From Lama glama (Eukaryota): DNA of 64,000 nt. Numbering within the stretch: the stretch's first letter is position 1; each line of letters starts with the position of its first letter. Shown here piece by piece: positions 48,468 through 62,372 of this stretch. The translations under genes and the position numbers were made by a program. Under the pieces are notes generated by a model. It was not told the origin of the DNA. It worked only from the letters and a program-made list of their open reading frames with translations, and did not search any database. The stretch spans positions 27,220,001 through 27,284,000 of the forward strand of contig CM052816.1 of assembly GCA_028534125.1 (NCBI GenBank). Reading direction: 5' to 3'.

Positions 48468-50170
48468 CTGTACACAAAGGAAGAGTAAAAAACTTAAGTC
48501 AATAAATCAGAATGAGACCCTCTTGGGGGGGAGGGTTTCGCTCTGGGCACTGGGAAGAAGAGATGAGCTTCTAGAAGTTCTGGTGGCAGCCATGGGGATC
48601 TAGTAAGTCAGAATTCCTTGCCATTAATTCCAACGATTTTCAATGACATTTTCTGTTATACTGTGCTTTAGAACATGAATGTTCAAGTGACTTATCTCTC
48701 CATGAAACATGCAACAGAGATGAGTCAGTGAGTTTATAGAGGCTCCAAGCTGGCTTTCTAATAATTGTGATGATACTTATGGTACCTGGCAGGTTCCCTG
48801 TATGTCTCTTCCACTCCTGCCAAGTTCTGAAGGCTCGGTCTGCTTTATTCCCTGTTGTAGGTTTGTTCAATGAATGAGCTACTTGTCTTAACCAACTGCT
48901 TTGCCTTGAACTATGGAGAGCTGGCTTTGCTAGGAAGCTACATGGTGAGTACTGCAGCTGATGCTCCCATGGGTAAGGCCAGACATTTCTCACCCCCAGT
49001 CAAACTCCTGGGGGCATCTCAAGACTACCTGGACTTTGGTTTTTCCCCTCTAGCAACATTCAGTTGATAAAAACTGTTGGGTAAATTGAGAGGTATTATC
49101 ATTTGGGAAACATAAAAACATGGGAAAGACAAAAGAAAGGAATGAACCGAAGAGAAAGAGAGAAGAAGAGCCAGGAGAAATGGAAAAGACATTTTCAGGA
49201 GACAAAAAAAAAAAAAAAAGACACATTGTAAAATGATTATAAATCAATAAAAAATGTTAAAAAAATTACTTGATGGAGTAAAATTGTTCAATCATATCAT
49301 CCTATTGCAACACTAAGATTTGTGACAAGAGCCCAAGTGCACTGTACTTATCTATGCATAGCCTTACACTAAGTAGAATCATACTGCCAAGATGTGACGA
49401 TTTTCTTGAATGAAACTTTAATTAACATCACAGTGTCAGCCCAGGCTTACTACTCTTTGATCCAAGTCTGGAAGCCAGAAAAGAACAATGCAAGCAGATG
49501 GGAGTGTGATTTCAGTTTAGTTTTCTCTGAATCTAAGCAGAACAGACTTTTCTTACATCATGTTACTCTGTGTCTAGAGTCTTTGGAAAAGCTTCTTCAT
49601 GCTCCCTAGACGTGCAGACCTGGAACAAAATAAAATCTCCATGTAGGTCAGAGGGCAATCAAGCTCTAGTGTAAGTTTCTATCTGCAAATGCTTTCAAAC
49701 ATCCTGGTCCAACCCTTCTGAATAATAATCAGGATAATACAGAAGACCCTCTGTTCATGTATCTGGCAGGTCCCCCATCAGCAAGGAACTGACATCCCCA
49801 CAAATAACTGAGTAAGAGCACTGGGAACCATTGGAGAAGCAAAAAGAAAGGCATTAAGATTTTTATTAAAGAAAACGCTGGGCTTTTTTGGTTTTGTCTT
49901 TTAAGCTGTGTGTCCTTATTCTGGTTGAAGTCAAGCAAAGTTGAAGTGAAATAACATTCCCTCTATAGCCATTTGTTTTTTCCCTGTATTAACCAACTAA
50001 CTTTTAATTTTAATTTTAAAACTCAAAAGTCATATCGCCCAATTAAAGACACAAATAGAGCTTAAACAAGAAAGGGAAAAAAAGCATCATCACTGTGTTA
50101 CTACCGAATAGAGCTGATAAAACTGGAGCCTGTGGATGCTTACATGTATACTGAGTCAAACCATACTCAC

Positions 50171-51039
50171 CAGGAGGGAGATCTGCCCTTCTTTAACGAT
50201 GTTCAAGATGCTTTTTACTTTTTTCAGGTACTCACTTCTTTCTTCTGGGCCTTGGGAGCTGGTCCAGTTCATGCCGCCAATCTGCTCATCGAGTTTGGGT
50301 TCGGCTGCTGACGACTGCAGATGGAAGGCCCTCAGCTGGCAGTCTGGCATTGCCTTGTCAACTTTTCGACTGTGAGGGTCACTAAAGGTCTTGTTCAGGA
50401 AGTCCTTACTCTGGTTTTCAGGCTCATACGCAGAGCCACTTTTAACCAAAGATGGTGAACTCTCGGATTCTTCAGTGGGGACCTTTTGCTGGTCACGGAC
50501 TACAGAGGACGCTTTTCTCAAGTGAGGGCTTTTCACAGGAGAAAGAACACAAAACGGTGTCATGTTGGATGGCGAGTTCTCAGCACTTCCTGGAGAGCAG
50601 GCTTTGCCAGAAAGGCCATTGATGGTTGTGCATAAACCCAAAATTCTTTTTTCTGAAGTCACCTTGGTAAAAGAGGCAAGCTGTTGACTGGACTTAATGT
50701 AAGGCACATCCAGAATCTCATCCATGTCGAGGTCATAATGCTCCAGTTCACCCAGCAAGGCACTGGGCTCCGTGCTCTTGCTTTGGGGGCCGCCTTCTCC
50801 ATGTACAGGGCTGAGTTCTTCAGGTTGAGGGTCTGGGTCAGAATCCCCCCCTTTCTGGTACTCTGCCTTCTGGTTCTTTTGGTCATCACTTTCATTGTTC
50901 TCCAGAGTCTCTGGCTGATGCTTGAGTGGGGAGACTCTCTTCACGGGGCGGAACTTACTGTAGACATCAGCAATTCCTGTGGGCTTTTGCGTGTTCGTAA
51001 TAAGAGTTGAGACACTGCAATTCCAGCTTGAGCCAGAAA
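50171..51039 (-). CDS. SNCAIP: SNCAIP large N-terminal-region exon (869 nt): (V)SGSSWNCSVSTLITNTQKPTGIADVYSKFRPVKRVSP...KEGQISLL
   Basis: Contains ORF 50156..50944. Acceptor ttttaaaacag|TTTCTGG, donor CTCCTG|gtgagt. Phase 1 in, phase 0 out. Confidence 0.96.
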
Positions 51040-54000
51040 CTGTTTTAAAATAAATTAAAAGAGGGGACTATTAAATTGAAGCGCTGAAAATATCTTGGCT
51101 ATGCAGGCAGGCAGGGTCCACTCAAGTCATGCTCAGAGTAAGTCTGGGGGTAAGAGAGAACACGTATCATAAAACAAACAGTTCATGCTTACCATTGAAA
51201 AAGAGTGAATGATAAAAGTTACGACGTGCTGGCTCAAAATTAATTCAAGTAGTAATCACAGTGGAAGCACACAGCTAAAGAAAACAAATCCAGACAGATA
51301 TTCAGGTTTCTTCCCTGGAATGGCTGCACCTCCCTGACAGTATTTTGATGCTTGTCACCACCCAGAAAACCAGAATTGGAGGATAGGGTCCTCTGTATTA
51401 AATGAACTTCCAAACGAACTGAGGGAGAGAAGGGATGTATGTACACGTGAGCAGACATGCACACATGTATATTTACACTCATAAAGCTTAAGAAGTCTCA
51501 TAGAACGAAGGGGGGAATTGCTTAATACTGAACAAATGTAAACTGAGACCCACTGGGTGATTCACAGGTGATTTGTTAAGTGGATTAGGGAAAGAACAGG
51601 AAGGAAGGAAGTGGTCAGGATTGACTGGACCATGGGAGATAAGCCACGGCTGAGTTCGTCCCACCCTAGACTGAGTATCCCAGTGAACCATCATTCATGG
51701 GCATTTCATGGTGCTTTTTGGCAAATGGCACAACGTCATGCACTAACCCCTCACAACGGAACGTGCTCTTTAAGATTCACTCCTCCCTCCATCGTCTGGA
51801 AAGCTGGAAATGAACCGGAGGGGAAGGAAGTTGCAAAGGAGGGTGAAATGGGCAGACTAGTTTTTTTTTCTTCTCGTTTCTGTGCAAAGCTTAGATAAAG
51901 ATTGTATAGTTTGCATTTGACTTAGTGTCTGGTTGAGATGGAGTATGAAGTGAAACAGCAACACATCTGGAGGTGAAGATAAGCACCACCACCTCTCCCA
52001 GTTAACCTCATATCCACGGCTGCCCACGCCTCCTCTTGGCTCAGGTTGACAGCAGCAGTCTCCTCCCTCAGCCTTGATGGTACGGCTTCCTCTGTGGGAC
52101 ACTCCCCTGACTAGACAGATGACCCAGCGCCCTTGGTAATTTGCAGAACACTGATTTATGGGTTCTTACCCCTTTCCTGCTTAGTTTACACCATCCCCCA
52201 TCAAAGAGGTGAGGTTTCAGGACGTGCCCTCCAACTAGGGGTCTCCCATCTATCCCTCCTCTTCTGGAACAACAGCAGGCAGGAAATATTTAACCCCAAA
52301 GCATGTATTTGTACTGTTCTTTGCTGTTGAGCATAATCAAAAAATAAAAGAACCTGAAACGAGCGTGGACTCAGGTCTGTACCTTCTGCAATAGTCCCTG
52401 GCTACCACTGATCCTTGGGGGTGAAAGTAGCATACAAATTATTAGAAGTTCCCCAAATTTAGACACTTGGTCATTCTTCTTCCCAATGGGATGTGTTCTC
52501 AAAGGATTCAGATAAGTTCTGGAACCAAGATAAAGTGATGAGAGTGAGTATTCTGAGCCTGAATGCTATATAACATTCCCCAGATAAGTTCTTTCCCCAA
52601 CATGGACCACAATTTTGCTTACGGTTTAGAGGGTCTGTAGTAAGTGATCCTTCTCTGAGGACTTTCAGGAATCTAAGAGAATACTGTGAGCTGTGAATCC
52701 AGGAGGGAGGCCTGGATTCTGTCGAGTAAGAAATAGGTATTAACAGAGAATGTTCCAGAAGGGAATGGAGGTATCTAGATGCTCTTAAGCTCCTGCTTCT
52801 CCTGCCTTTTGCTGGCTCTGGTTCCTAGCTGTCTACAGTACTTGGCACAGAGCAGATAATTAACAAATGCTAGTATTTAAATTTGAATCTCACTTTGTCC
52901 ATTGCATTAAATCTCTTTTTAAATGCGCAAAATGCATCCTTCTGAGGGATTTACAGCTTAATTTCACAGGGGACAGAAGTCCTGTTAATAAACTCAGAGG
53001 AGTGATAATCACTAGAGAGAGACGGATTTTCTAGTTATTTATGAAATGTAAATATGCAAAGGCAAACACTAATTCCAGTTAGTCCACTATAAATTTAAAA
53101 TTTTTCTATCCTTTATATGTCCTTTTCTTCCCCAAAATATAAAGCTACAAAAAATTAATGCCTGCCAGAAATTTCTGCCAAGCCTCTGTTTTCCTTTTAA
53201 GAACATATGGTTGGTTACTTATTTAAAATAGCAGAGAAATAGTGGACACAGAGTTTATAACATGTAAATAGGCCTTTAATTTTACCCATCAGTTTTCCGA
53301 AAAGCTTATAGTAGGAAAAAATATATATATTCCTTAACATTTCTGAGATACTTATTATTAGGCATAGTATTTGTTAATATTGTGCCAGTTACCTCCATTT
53401 TTTGGAACTTCTTGAAAATGTGCATCTCAGGATGTAATAAAAAAATTTTAAAGCGTAATAACTTAGTGGGCCAATACAACGAAAGCATTGTACCAATATA
53501 TTTATGTATTGTATAAGGTCGTGGGTTCAAAGGGCTACTCTTTTATGTTGGCTTTATTTACATGTGAAATTTTTTCCAAGTGATACAGGGAAATGGATAC
53601 CATATGTTTCCCAGCTGTTTTGTTCTGACAGGAGCCATTTAGAATGCTCTATGGAAATGAATTCTGTCTGAGTCTTATGAAAACACTTCTTTCCACAGAA
53701 GGGTCTAGAAACTGAAGAAAGGGCATCAACATTTAGGCTTCTTGTCCTCCTTATTCAAACCTATGACTGACTGCCTTTTAGGCTGAGAGTAAAATTTGTG
53801 CTTTCTAGTCTGTCTTGGCTACCAGGAAAAAAACCCCAGTTATGAAAAGTGGGTTCAATAACAGTTTTTCATGAGAATACTCCAATTTATTACTATATCA
53901 TATACTTGTATGAGAAGGACACTTTTATATATATAGGAAAGAAAAAACTCATTTTATTTTTCCTAAGCTGGAAAAGTCAGTATTTTAAGCACAAGTAAAA

Positions 54001-55083
54001 AGGCTCTTAATGACTGGCAAGATTTCCACTTGCAATTCTTTAAGTCCGCCAAAAAGTCCACTTACACTTTATTCTACTTCAACACCATGATGCATTTCTT
54101 CTGAGGCATGGAAACAAAGATCAGAGTAATGATGGTTACTAGGAAGATTTTTGAGGCAAAATGTGTTTCCTGGAAATCATGAATAAATACTTCACATTTT
54201 AAACTGTAAACCCCGGGAAATTTTATCTATTATCTTACAAGCTATTTACAAGCTCTGTTAAGAACAGAGTCTGTGTCCCATTTACCCCTCCATCCCTCCA
54301 AGCACCCCGCAAACTGCTCTGCATAAGTAGCTTCTCAATGGATTTTTGGTTGAGTTGATTCATTTTGAACATCTCATGAAAGTAAACATGTTCAATTTAC
54401 TTCAAACCTCTCTTCCCGATTATGGCGCAAGTTTTCTAAAATGATCAGTAGGTAAAGGGAAATGTATTTGAGGCTGATTATGGGCCACAATTACCTCTTA
54501 CAATCTACATGGCATTTGGAATGTCTCTGATCTCCAGCAGGGTATGTCCAAATTGTCTGCTACCATCTATAGGTCACCATTTATCCAACAAGCATTGAAT
54601 GTGAGCCAAGGATGGGCAGGTGTGTATAGCAGGTAGCATTGTCTGATCCAGGGGTCTTATCCCTCACCACTGCCACCTGCTTCCTCCCTTTCCCCTCCTC
54701 ATCCAACACACAAAAACACATACACACATACACTACTCTGTCTCTGTAAACATAGTCTTCATAAACTTGGCCTGGATTACATGACCACATGTGCAGGCTC
54801 CCAAGCAATCCATTTCCAAGGCATCACTGACCCTTCTCTTTTCTTGACCCCTGCCTCTCACCTTTTAGGCACCAAATCCTACTGTGGTCTGATCCTAAAT
54901 CCCTCTCAGATTTGATCCCTCTTTTCATCTCATTAAACTGACTAGATCACAGTGGAATCCTCCCACAGTCTCTGCAACGTTCTATCCACTTCTCTCGTCT
55001 CCCTTTTCAGTTCTGACTAATCCCCTGTTCAGATTTTGTCACTTCTTAGCTCAAAACCTTAGGTGGCCTTGTACCACCTAAAG

Positions 55084-55631
55084 CAGTATTTCCCCCGATG
55101 TGGAATACACATCCCTGCAGGACCTAAGATGGCGCACAGGAGCCATGCTAAATAGCCCTAACCTGGAGAGGAAGTGAGCTATACACCTTTCAACTCTCTC
55201 TCCCTCTTCATTAATTTAAGGACTCTCAGCTTGGTGCTACAATGAATTTAACTCCTCTCCATAACTTACCAACTTCCTTCAGAATAATGAGACTGTGAGC
55301 CTTTAGCTCACTTTCATGAGCAGAGTTAAGAGAAATGCTTCATTTTCATCACATTCATTTTAATTATGTCTCTGAATTTATTGCAACTGACCCTGAAAGT
55401 TTCTTTCAAAAACAAATATGCTCAAAAGTAAGCGGGTTTGGTGGGGAGGGTAATCAATGGTAGAGCACATGCTTAGCAGGCACTGGGTCCTAGGTTCAAT
55501 CTCCAGTACCTCCATTAAGAAAAATAAGTAAGTGGTTTTAGAAAAATATGTTAATAGTAAAAGTGGTTTACAGGTAAAACAAAAAAAGACAGAGAATGAC
55601 TTGGCATGTATTCCATGTTGTGGAAATACTT
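55084..55631. mobile_element. Probable hAT-Charlie-type DNA transposon hosting a SINE, within L2-like sequence
   Basis: Inverted termini CAGTATTTCC and GGAAATACTT (9/10). TSD not clear. Confidence 0.45.
55443..55525 (+). mobile_element. Camelid tRNA-derived SINE (Vic-1-like)
   Basis: ggggagggt...tggtagagcacatgcttagc...gggtcctaggttcaatctccagtacctccattaag, with an imperfect flanking AAGTAAG.GG.TTT repeat. Confidence 0.8.
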
Positions 55632-58109
55632 GAACAACTAAGGTTTAGGAAATCCTGGCTTTCAGGATAGTAGCTAAATTCTTTAGCAGGGTACCTAGTA
55701 GCTCTTTTATTTATTTTCTAATGTATCTTCTCATCTCAGCACTCATCATTCCCATGTCACTAATTTTCCCCTGCATCTCCATTACTAAACTCACCCTTCC
55801 TGGATACCCCAAGTCCTTCCATCATTGCTCTCACCTTTGCTGCCTTCTCTGCCTGACATGTAGGCTCATCTGACAAGATTCCCCTCAGGTGCTACCTCCC
55901 TGGTGCATTTCCTCTGACTCTCCCAAGGAACTGTTGCCCTTGATTTCTTAGTGTCAGTGTCCTGAGATCTACCTGCCCGTACCTGGAGCCAGGCACTTAT
56001 AAAGCTCTGTTTCAACAATGCACTCATGCATCTGCCTCATCCTCTGTCCTGAGAGTCCCTCAAGGGCAAAGATTGCTTGTGAAACCTCCTTGTGTTTATA
56101 AGCAGCCCTCTGTCTAGCACAGCTTCTCACAGATACTAGGGCTCAAGGGCTAAATCTTTTAATGAATCAATGAATGAAAGGAGGAAGGAGGGAGGGGAAA
56201 AGGAACAAAGAACTATGCTAAACCAAAGATGCAAAGTATACAAAACACGTATGAATCCTGTCGCAATGAGTCACTCTTGCCCCATTTTGGACACGTTGTG
56301 TCGAATATTTCAAAGACAGTGTTGGTAAAGCTACTGAAGACATGCTGCATATTAAAGTATTTTCATATATCTCCTAAGTTCTAAGCCTCAACTTCTTCAT
56401 CTGTGAAATAAAGAGGTTAGAAACATGATTGCTAAGACCTGATCCACCTCTAAATTTCTATGACTGTTTGGAATGTCTACAAATAACAGGGCTCTTTATT
56501 CTGAGTGACTCACTATGAAACACTATAATTCTTCTGGATCCACGTCTTTCAACAGATCCTCACAAATTTATAATTATGAGGCTAAGCTGATTGCTGACAC
56601 AGAACAACTCTTTGGCTCCTGGGACTGATAAATTAGTGTTTTCTTAGGAAGATAATGTACAGTTTGGTATTGCAACGGTGGATCCAATTTTCAAGACTGA
56701 ACGTCAGTGTTGGCTCCCAAAGTGCCTATTTATTTTGCTTCTAAATATGGAGTTATGTGTCCGTATTAGAAAATTAGCTTTAGACATCAAGAAGAGAAAG
56801 AAAAGGAATGTGTCTGTAGGATAAAATAGTGATTTCCTACTGTTCATTGTTAAAAGTTAAAAGAATACTATTTTTCCTCGAGGAACAAAATGGTCAGCTT
56901 TAGCTGTAATCGCCTTAAATGTACATAACAATAGACTTCACATCTACAGCTACTAGAAACCTAGGCACTTTTTTTTTTAAATAATCAAATCCAAGACCTC
57001 AGGCATGTTAAGCGAGTGCTCCATCATGAGCTATACCCTCCCCTGAGGCGCCTTTAAGGCCTTGCCTTTTAAGTTCTCCAAGATTCCATTTCCTTCCAGT
57101 TTTACACCTAAGGGAGGGACATTATGAAAGATTAGGAGAGTCGTTGCTAGAGTTGTCAGTTTCCTTAACCCAGTGGAAATGAATGAAATCCGGGGTGGGC
57201 CCACTTGTGGCAAACACCTCAGGCTCTAAGGAGTGGGGCCAGGGGACTCACACCCTCTTGTGCCAGCAGGAAGGAAGGTACGGTACGGAGTCTAACAGGA
57301 CTACTTACTGGGTGCTCTCCTGTACCATCCTTGGAGCCTAGATTGATCCAAAAAAGGGTTAACTCTGGATTTGGAGAACTGTGTTGGGAAGAGCCAGTGG
57401 GTGTGAGGAACACATGTTTCTGGAACGTTCCCATTGAGTCGCTGGCTCACCCCTCTGCCTGCTGTCACAGACCCTTTATTGAGGGTGTTGCAAGGCTGAA
57501 GGGCAAGTACAGAGCACTTTCTTATCAAAATATCAACCAATGATGCATTCGCATTGAGATGTTAAAATACTGTTGGAAAAGATTCATTGATTTGGTTCTA
57601 AACTTCCCGACTTTAAGCGGTTCCTGATATCAAGCAGCTGCAGAGACTGCGAGCTGCGTGTCTCATTGCTGCCAGCCCCACCCAGCGCCGCCCAGACCTG
57701 CTCACGACGCTTTGCGCCCCATCTGCACCCACTTCTTAGTTCTGGGAAAACTCATAGACGTATCAAGCCCTTACCACCTTGGACAGAAAAGATACTTCTT
57801 CACCAAAGAGGCACGTTCTATCATGAAATTAGACTCAATATTTTGACAACTTTAAACCTTTGAGTCTCAGAAGTATGGTTCACCTAGAAGAGCAATTGGT
57901 GATTCTGAAGAAAGCACATGGTTCCAGAGTTACTGTGTCATCTAAGAAGCATGCTGAACTTCACTTGGACATCAGCAAAACCTTGAGTGAATTATACCTT
58001 GTATCCACTCGGGGCCCATTTACCAGTTTTCCTTTCTTTCGTTCTCTCCCTTTCAGTGCTGAATCGCAGAGAGAGATACACATCAAGGGATGGTAGAAAG
58101 GCTCATCAA

Positions 58110-58231
58110 CTGTAACGAAAACGAATCTGAAAAAATACAGATATATGTATGTGTATGTATGACTGAATCGCTTTGCTGTACACCTGAAACATGGTAAATT
58201 GACTACACTTCAATCACAATAAAAGTTTTAA
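58110..58231 (+). mobile_element. Very short L1 3' end
   Basis: gaatctgaaaaa..tatatgtatg..gactgaatcgctttgctgtacacctgaaac. TSD AAAG[G/A]CTCATCAA at 58097-58109 and 58232-58244. Confidence 0.85.
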
Positions 58232-58425
58232 AAAGACTCATCAAGCAGACAAGGGTGGAAACAGGGGAGTGCCTGCTCAGTGCAGTTTCTGTCAAGTGCA
58301 GAGACACACTTAACAATTTTAACTGAAGGTGGCGCTGCTTTACAGGGCTGATCTATGGTCAAGGGCAGGGAACACCAGGATACGTACCGCTCCTTGATAA
58401 GAGGACAAGAGGCGTGCGTGCATGC

Positions 58426-58458
58426 GTGTGTGTGTGTGTGTGTGTGTGTGTGGTGTGT
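58426..58458. repeat. (GT)n microsatellite
   Basis: Seen directly. Confidence 0.95.
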
Positions 58459-59719
58459 AAAATCCCTGTCCTCCACCTTCTACCATCAGTCTCCAACTGA
58501 TGGTTCCTCAAATGTTTGTTTATTTTACCTCTAAATATAGAGTTATGTATCCAGGTTAGGAATACAGCTTCAGACATAAGAAGAGGGGGTATGTCTTTAG
58601 GGTAGAAGAATGTCTTCTGGCTGAGCGTTAAATGAATTCTGTTTTCCAAAAACAAAGTGGTCAGTGTGTGAAACCCACTCCCATTCTGAGAGGGATGCAC
58701 CTCAAAGTGGAGGAGAGGAGAAATGGGAGGAAGAACTATCTAGTCTGCCTCCTCCCCTTTCTTTTGCAGCACCCCCATCCCACCCTGGAGTCTGCCCAAG
58801 GGAGCTTCCACCTGGCTGGCTGTAGGGGGCACAGGGCAGGTGCAGCGAATGCAGCAAAGTGAAAGCCTGGCAGAGACACGCTGTCTTGTTTTCTAGTGCA
58901 GTTCAGTACACGCTTCTCAGGCACTGTTACAAATAATGAAAAAAAAAAGAATGTGTATTTTTAAAGTTCTTCCAAATGCTATTTCTTAATTAGAATTTTC
59001 CTAAAATGTCCTGCATCTCAGATTTTAAAATTGCTAATACATCTGTGTAAAATTTTGTTTCTGACTCCAAGGCAAGTGTATGATGTCACTAGACATCTTC
59101 ACAGCAACTCCAGTGGACGGTTGAGCAGTTTTTCTGTAGTCTCACTTGAAAATGAACGAGAACTTAGGGAATTTTAAGTGTTACATGGAAAATTACATAC
59201 TGTGCTGATTGCTCAATCAGGACCGAGGTTTCCTGATTCCAACTTCCCTTCCATAACACTGCAGAAATGCCTTATCACAATTAAAATTATTCCCTAAACA
59301 TGCAATTCACATTTTCTCTATTTGGGTCACATGCAGGCAATGGAATCCCAGAAACCAGCAGTAGAACTTGGTTGTACTCATTTCAGAATCATTTACCTAA
59401 ATCCCAAACTGCACTCTCTGCCTCGATATCGGTAACCACTGACTATGAAGCAACATTAGGACAATGGTTTTTAATAACAACTTTTCTCAGAAACAGGTGA
59501 GTGGAAGAATTTCCCTACTTTATCTTCAGTGGCATCAGCCTAAACTTAGAGTTGTTTTATCACCAAGAATTTGTTCTGATTTCAGCTGCCAATCCCTTTA
59601 GCTGGTTAAAGGTGGCAGTTTCTTTCCAATGTAAGCAAGAGACACAAGAATGTAATAAAGCTTATTTAGAAGTGCTAAAGTAATTGGCAGAATGCTGAAA
59701 GATGCTCACAAGCAGGGTC

Positions 59720-61220
59720 CATTCATCCCATGAAATCTGCTGAATGTTCTCTGTGCACATGGATCTAGGGGTGCAGAGGTGAACAAAACAGACATAATCA
59801 CCATCCTCATGGCAGAAGCAGACAGTCCAACAAGTACATAGATGAATGAGCAATTGCAAAATGCAAAGTGCTTTGATGGAAACAAGGAAGGTATTGGAAC
59901 AGAGAACAGCTGAGAAGCCTCATCATGGAGATGACATTTCAGCTAAGATCTGGGGATGAGAAGACAATTCTGTGAGGATCTGTGGGGAAATACAAGAGAA
60001 AAGACAGTTTTGTGAAGATCTGCATAGAAGGAAGCACATTCTCAAATGTCTAATGCAGGAGAGAATCTGGCAGGTTCCATAGTTCTCATATCTAGAGCAG
60101 AGTGAGCCAGGGTAAAGGAGCTAAAGATGAAGTTGTGGGAGGCTGTCAGGGGCCAAATCACTTGGGGGTTTACTGTCCACAAAAAGGAGTTTGGTTTATA
60201 TTTTAAGTGAAATAGGGTATCCTTAGGGGGATTTCACGAGCATGAAATGATCTGCTTTGCATTTAAGAATGTATCCTTCTGCCTATTCTGTGGGAAATGT
60301 GGGGTGGCAAGGATTGATGGTGAAGACAGAAGTGACACTAATTCGTGGTCCTTAACCCAGATGAAACCTAAAGGTGGCCTGGCCTAACTGGTGGCTGTTG
60401 AGATGGAGAGAAGTGGACAGATGAGGAGCGACTCTGAGCACAGAGGACTCGGGACCTGCTGATAGATAGATGTGGAGATGAGGGAGGGGAGGGTCCTGGC
60501 TTCAGTCCCTGAGTGGATGTTTCAGTGCTGACTGCTGAGGGGGAGTCTAAGGATAAACAAGTTGGGGATGGGGATTCACGGATTCCTCTTAAGAATTCCA
60601 CGAGATAGTCCACGTAGATATCAAGTGGGTCATTAACTAGGAGGCTAGAGTGCTGGGGCGAGGAGCTGCAGCAAGTAAGAGGCATTTGAAGCCCTGAGAA
60701 CAAATTAGGTATCAACCCAGAGAGATTTAAGAGATTGAGGAGAGAGTATCGTATTGAATACTTCCATCCCTCTTGGATACATAAAGGTCAAGTAGAGAAG
60801 GAGGAGGAGTCAGAAACGAGACTAAGGAGATGTCAAAGTGTTGCAAGAAAAATGAGGAGAGAGATGGTGTCACGGAGCCAAGAGAGGAGAAAGTTTCTAG
60901 AAAGGTGTGGCCAATAGTCTCAAATAATGCAGCAAGGCCAAGAAAGATGAGAACATCTGTGTCAATGGATTTGGCAGAATGGAAGCTGTGGCCTTCCCCA
61001 AAGAGGTGGAAGTCATCCTGGAGATATTTAAGGTGAACGGGAGGTGGGGACTGGAGATGGGGGTTCCCTTAACTTTTCAGTGGAGGTTGGTTATAAATGG
61101 GGCCTGAGATGGGGAGAGAAAGGAGCAGAGAATTAAGGTGGGAGCCACTAGAGTGGGTACTGTTTGCTTGGCTTTTTAAGACAGGAGATAATTAGAGTGT
61201 TCGTATGATGATGGTAGTAA
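59720..61220. mobile_element. L2 LINE remnant
   Basis: Purine-rich strand with L2 motifs (gagtttggtttatattttaagtgaaatagg, gagatggagagaagtggacagatgag, gtcaatggatttggca). Boundaries approximate. Confidence 0.7.
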
Positions 61221-61614
61221 CACTGATATAGAAAGCTATCGATGCTGCAGGCCAAAGAAGAGACAACTGAATATCAAAGTGTCCAACCCAATGAAGAGAA
61301 GTGAAGCAGCTGTCTCCAACCTCAATTACGATACAAAACCCAGAGAAGTAGGCTTCCTTTCACCTCTTGACACATTCATCCATCCATCCTACCTCGGATG
61401 TATATCAGCACTAGCACCAGGCACTGGAGATACCATAATGAACACAACTACCTCACATTGATTTTGGCTAGTCTACTAGAGAAAACCGTATGAAAACTAG
61501 CATCACATTATTTATACCTAAAAAAACACAGATATTTAAAGAAGAGAAAAAGTACAAGGAGCTGGGAAATAAGATAATAAATTGGGGAAGGGGTGCTAAT
61601 ATAATCTAGTCTTG

Positions 61615-61822
61615 CACTGTCCAAAATGAAGCCACTGGACACCCATGGCTATTAAGCACTTAACATGTGACAGGTGGTACATGCTGAAATGATAATAATT
61701 TTGATATGCTGGGTTAAACAGAAGGTACCAAATCAACTCATCTATCTATATTTTTAATGTAGTTATTATAAAACATTTAAATTATGGAAACAGCTTGTGT
61801 TATACTTCTATTAAACAGTGGT
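61615..61822. mobile_element. MER3/MER33-like hAT MITE
   Basis: gcactgtccaa...agccact..cacccatggctattaagcacttaa.atgtg...atacttctattaaacagtg. Confidence 0.6.
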
Positions 61823-62113
61823 GGCGTAGGGAGTCAGGTAGAGTGGCCCTGAAGAGGTGAACTTGGAGGTGAAAGACATCTCATGTGAAAGAATAGAGCA
61901 TGTCTGAAGAACTGAAGGAGGTTCCCTGATGTGACTGGCAGGCAGAACACAGGAGGCGAGCGACATTTGAGGAAGCTCACTGACCCAGGAGAAGAAGAGA
62001 GCTTCCCGTTGCATGTCTTGAGAACCACCCTGGAGAACTAGTGCTTGATTGTGAGCATGGAGTGACATGACACCTCATCATGGACAATGGATTAGCACCA
62101 AGGTGGCCTAAAT

Positions 62114-62372
62114 CAGTGCTTCTCAAACTTGAACATGCGCAAATGAATCACCCGGAGAGCTTGTTAATCTGATTCTCCAGTCTGCACTAAAGCCTCAGAA
62201 TTTGCATTTCTTTTTTTTTTTTAATAGAGGTACTGGGGATTGAATTTAGGACCTTGTGCATGCTAAGCATACGCTCTACCACTGAGCTATACCCACCACA
62301 GCATTTCTAACAAGCTTCCAGGTGATGCTGGTGGTGCAGGTTCTGGTCCTGGACCACACTGTGAGATGCAGG
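62114..62372. mobile_element. MER5A-like hAT MITE interrupted by the SINE
   Basis: cagtgcttctcaaacttgaacatgc...gaatttgcatttct|aacaagcttccaggtgatgctg...ggaccacact. Confidence 0.8.
62212..62300 (-). mobile_element. Camelid tRNA-derived SINE (Vic-1-like) inserted in MER5A
   Basis: Same SINE body. TSD GCATTTCT at 62204-62211 and 62301-62308. Confidence 0.88.

Larger units (their letters stand above)
12768..51039 (-). other. SNCAIP: SNCAIP (synphilin-1) gene, 3' portion; 5' exons lie beyond position 64000
   Basis: Eight GT-AG exons splice in frame into a protein matching synphilin-1 as I recall it (RPVKRVSP, ankyrin repeats, coiled coil, KLRVTF, KGKNKAA*). The 3' end coordinate is estimated from AATAAA. 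Confidence 0.97.

Noticed and set aside
50156..50944. 262-aa ORF as a standalone gene
   Set aside because: Part of the 869-nt SNCAIP exon. The GTG start is an internal Val and VSMV* is donor read-through.
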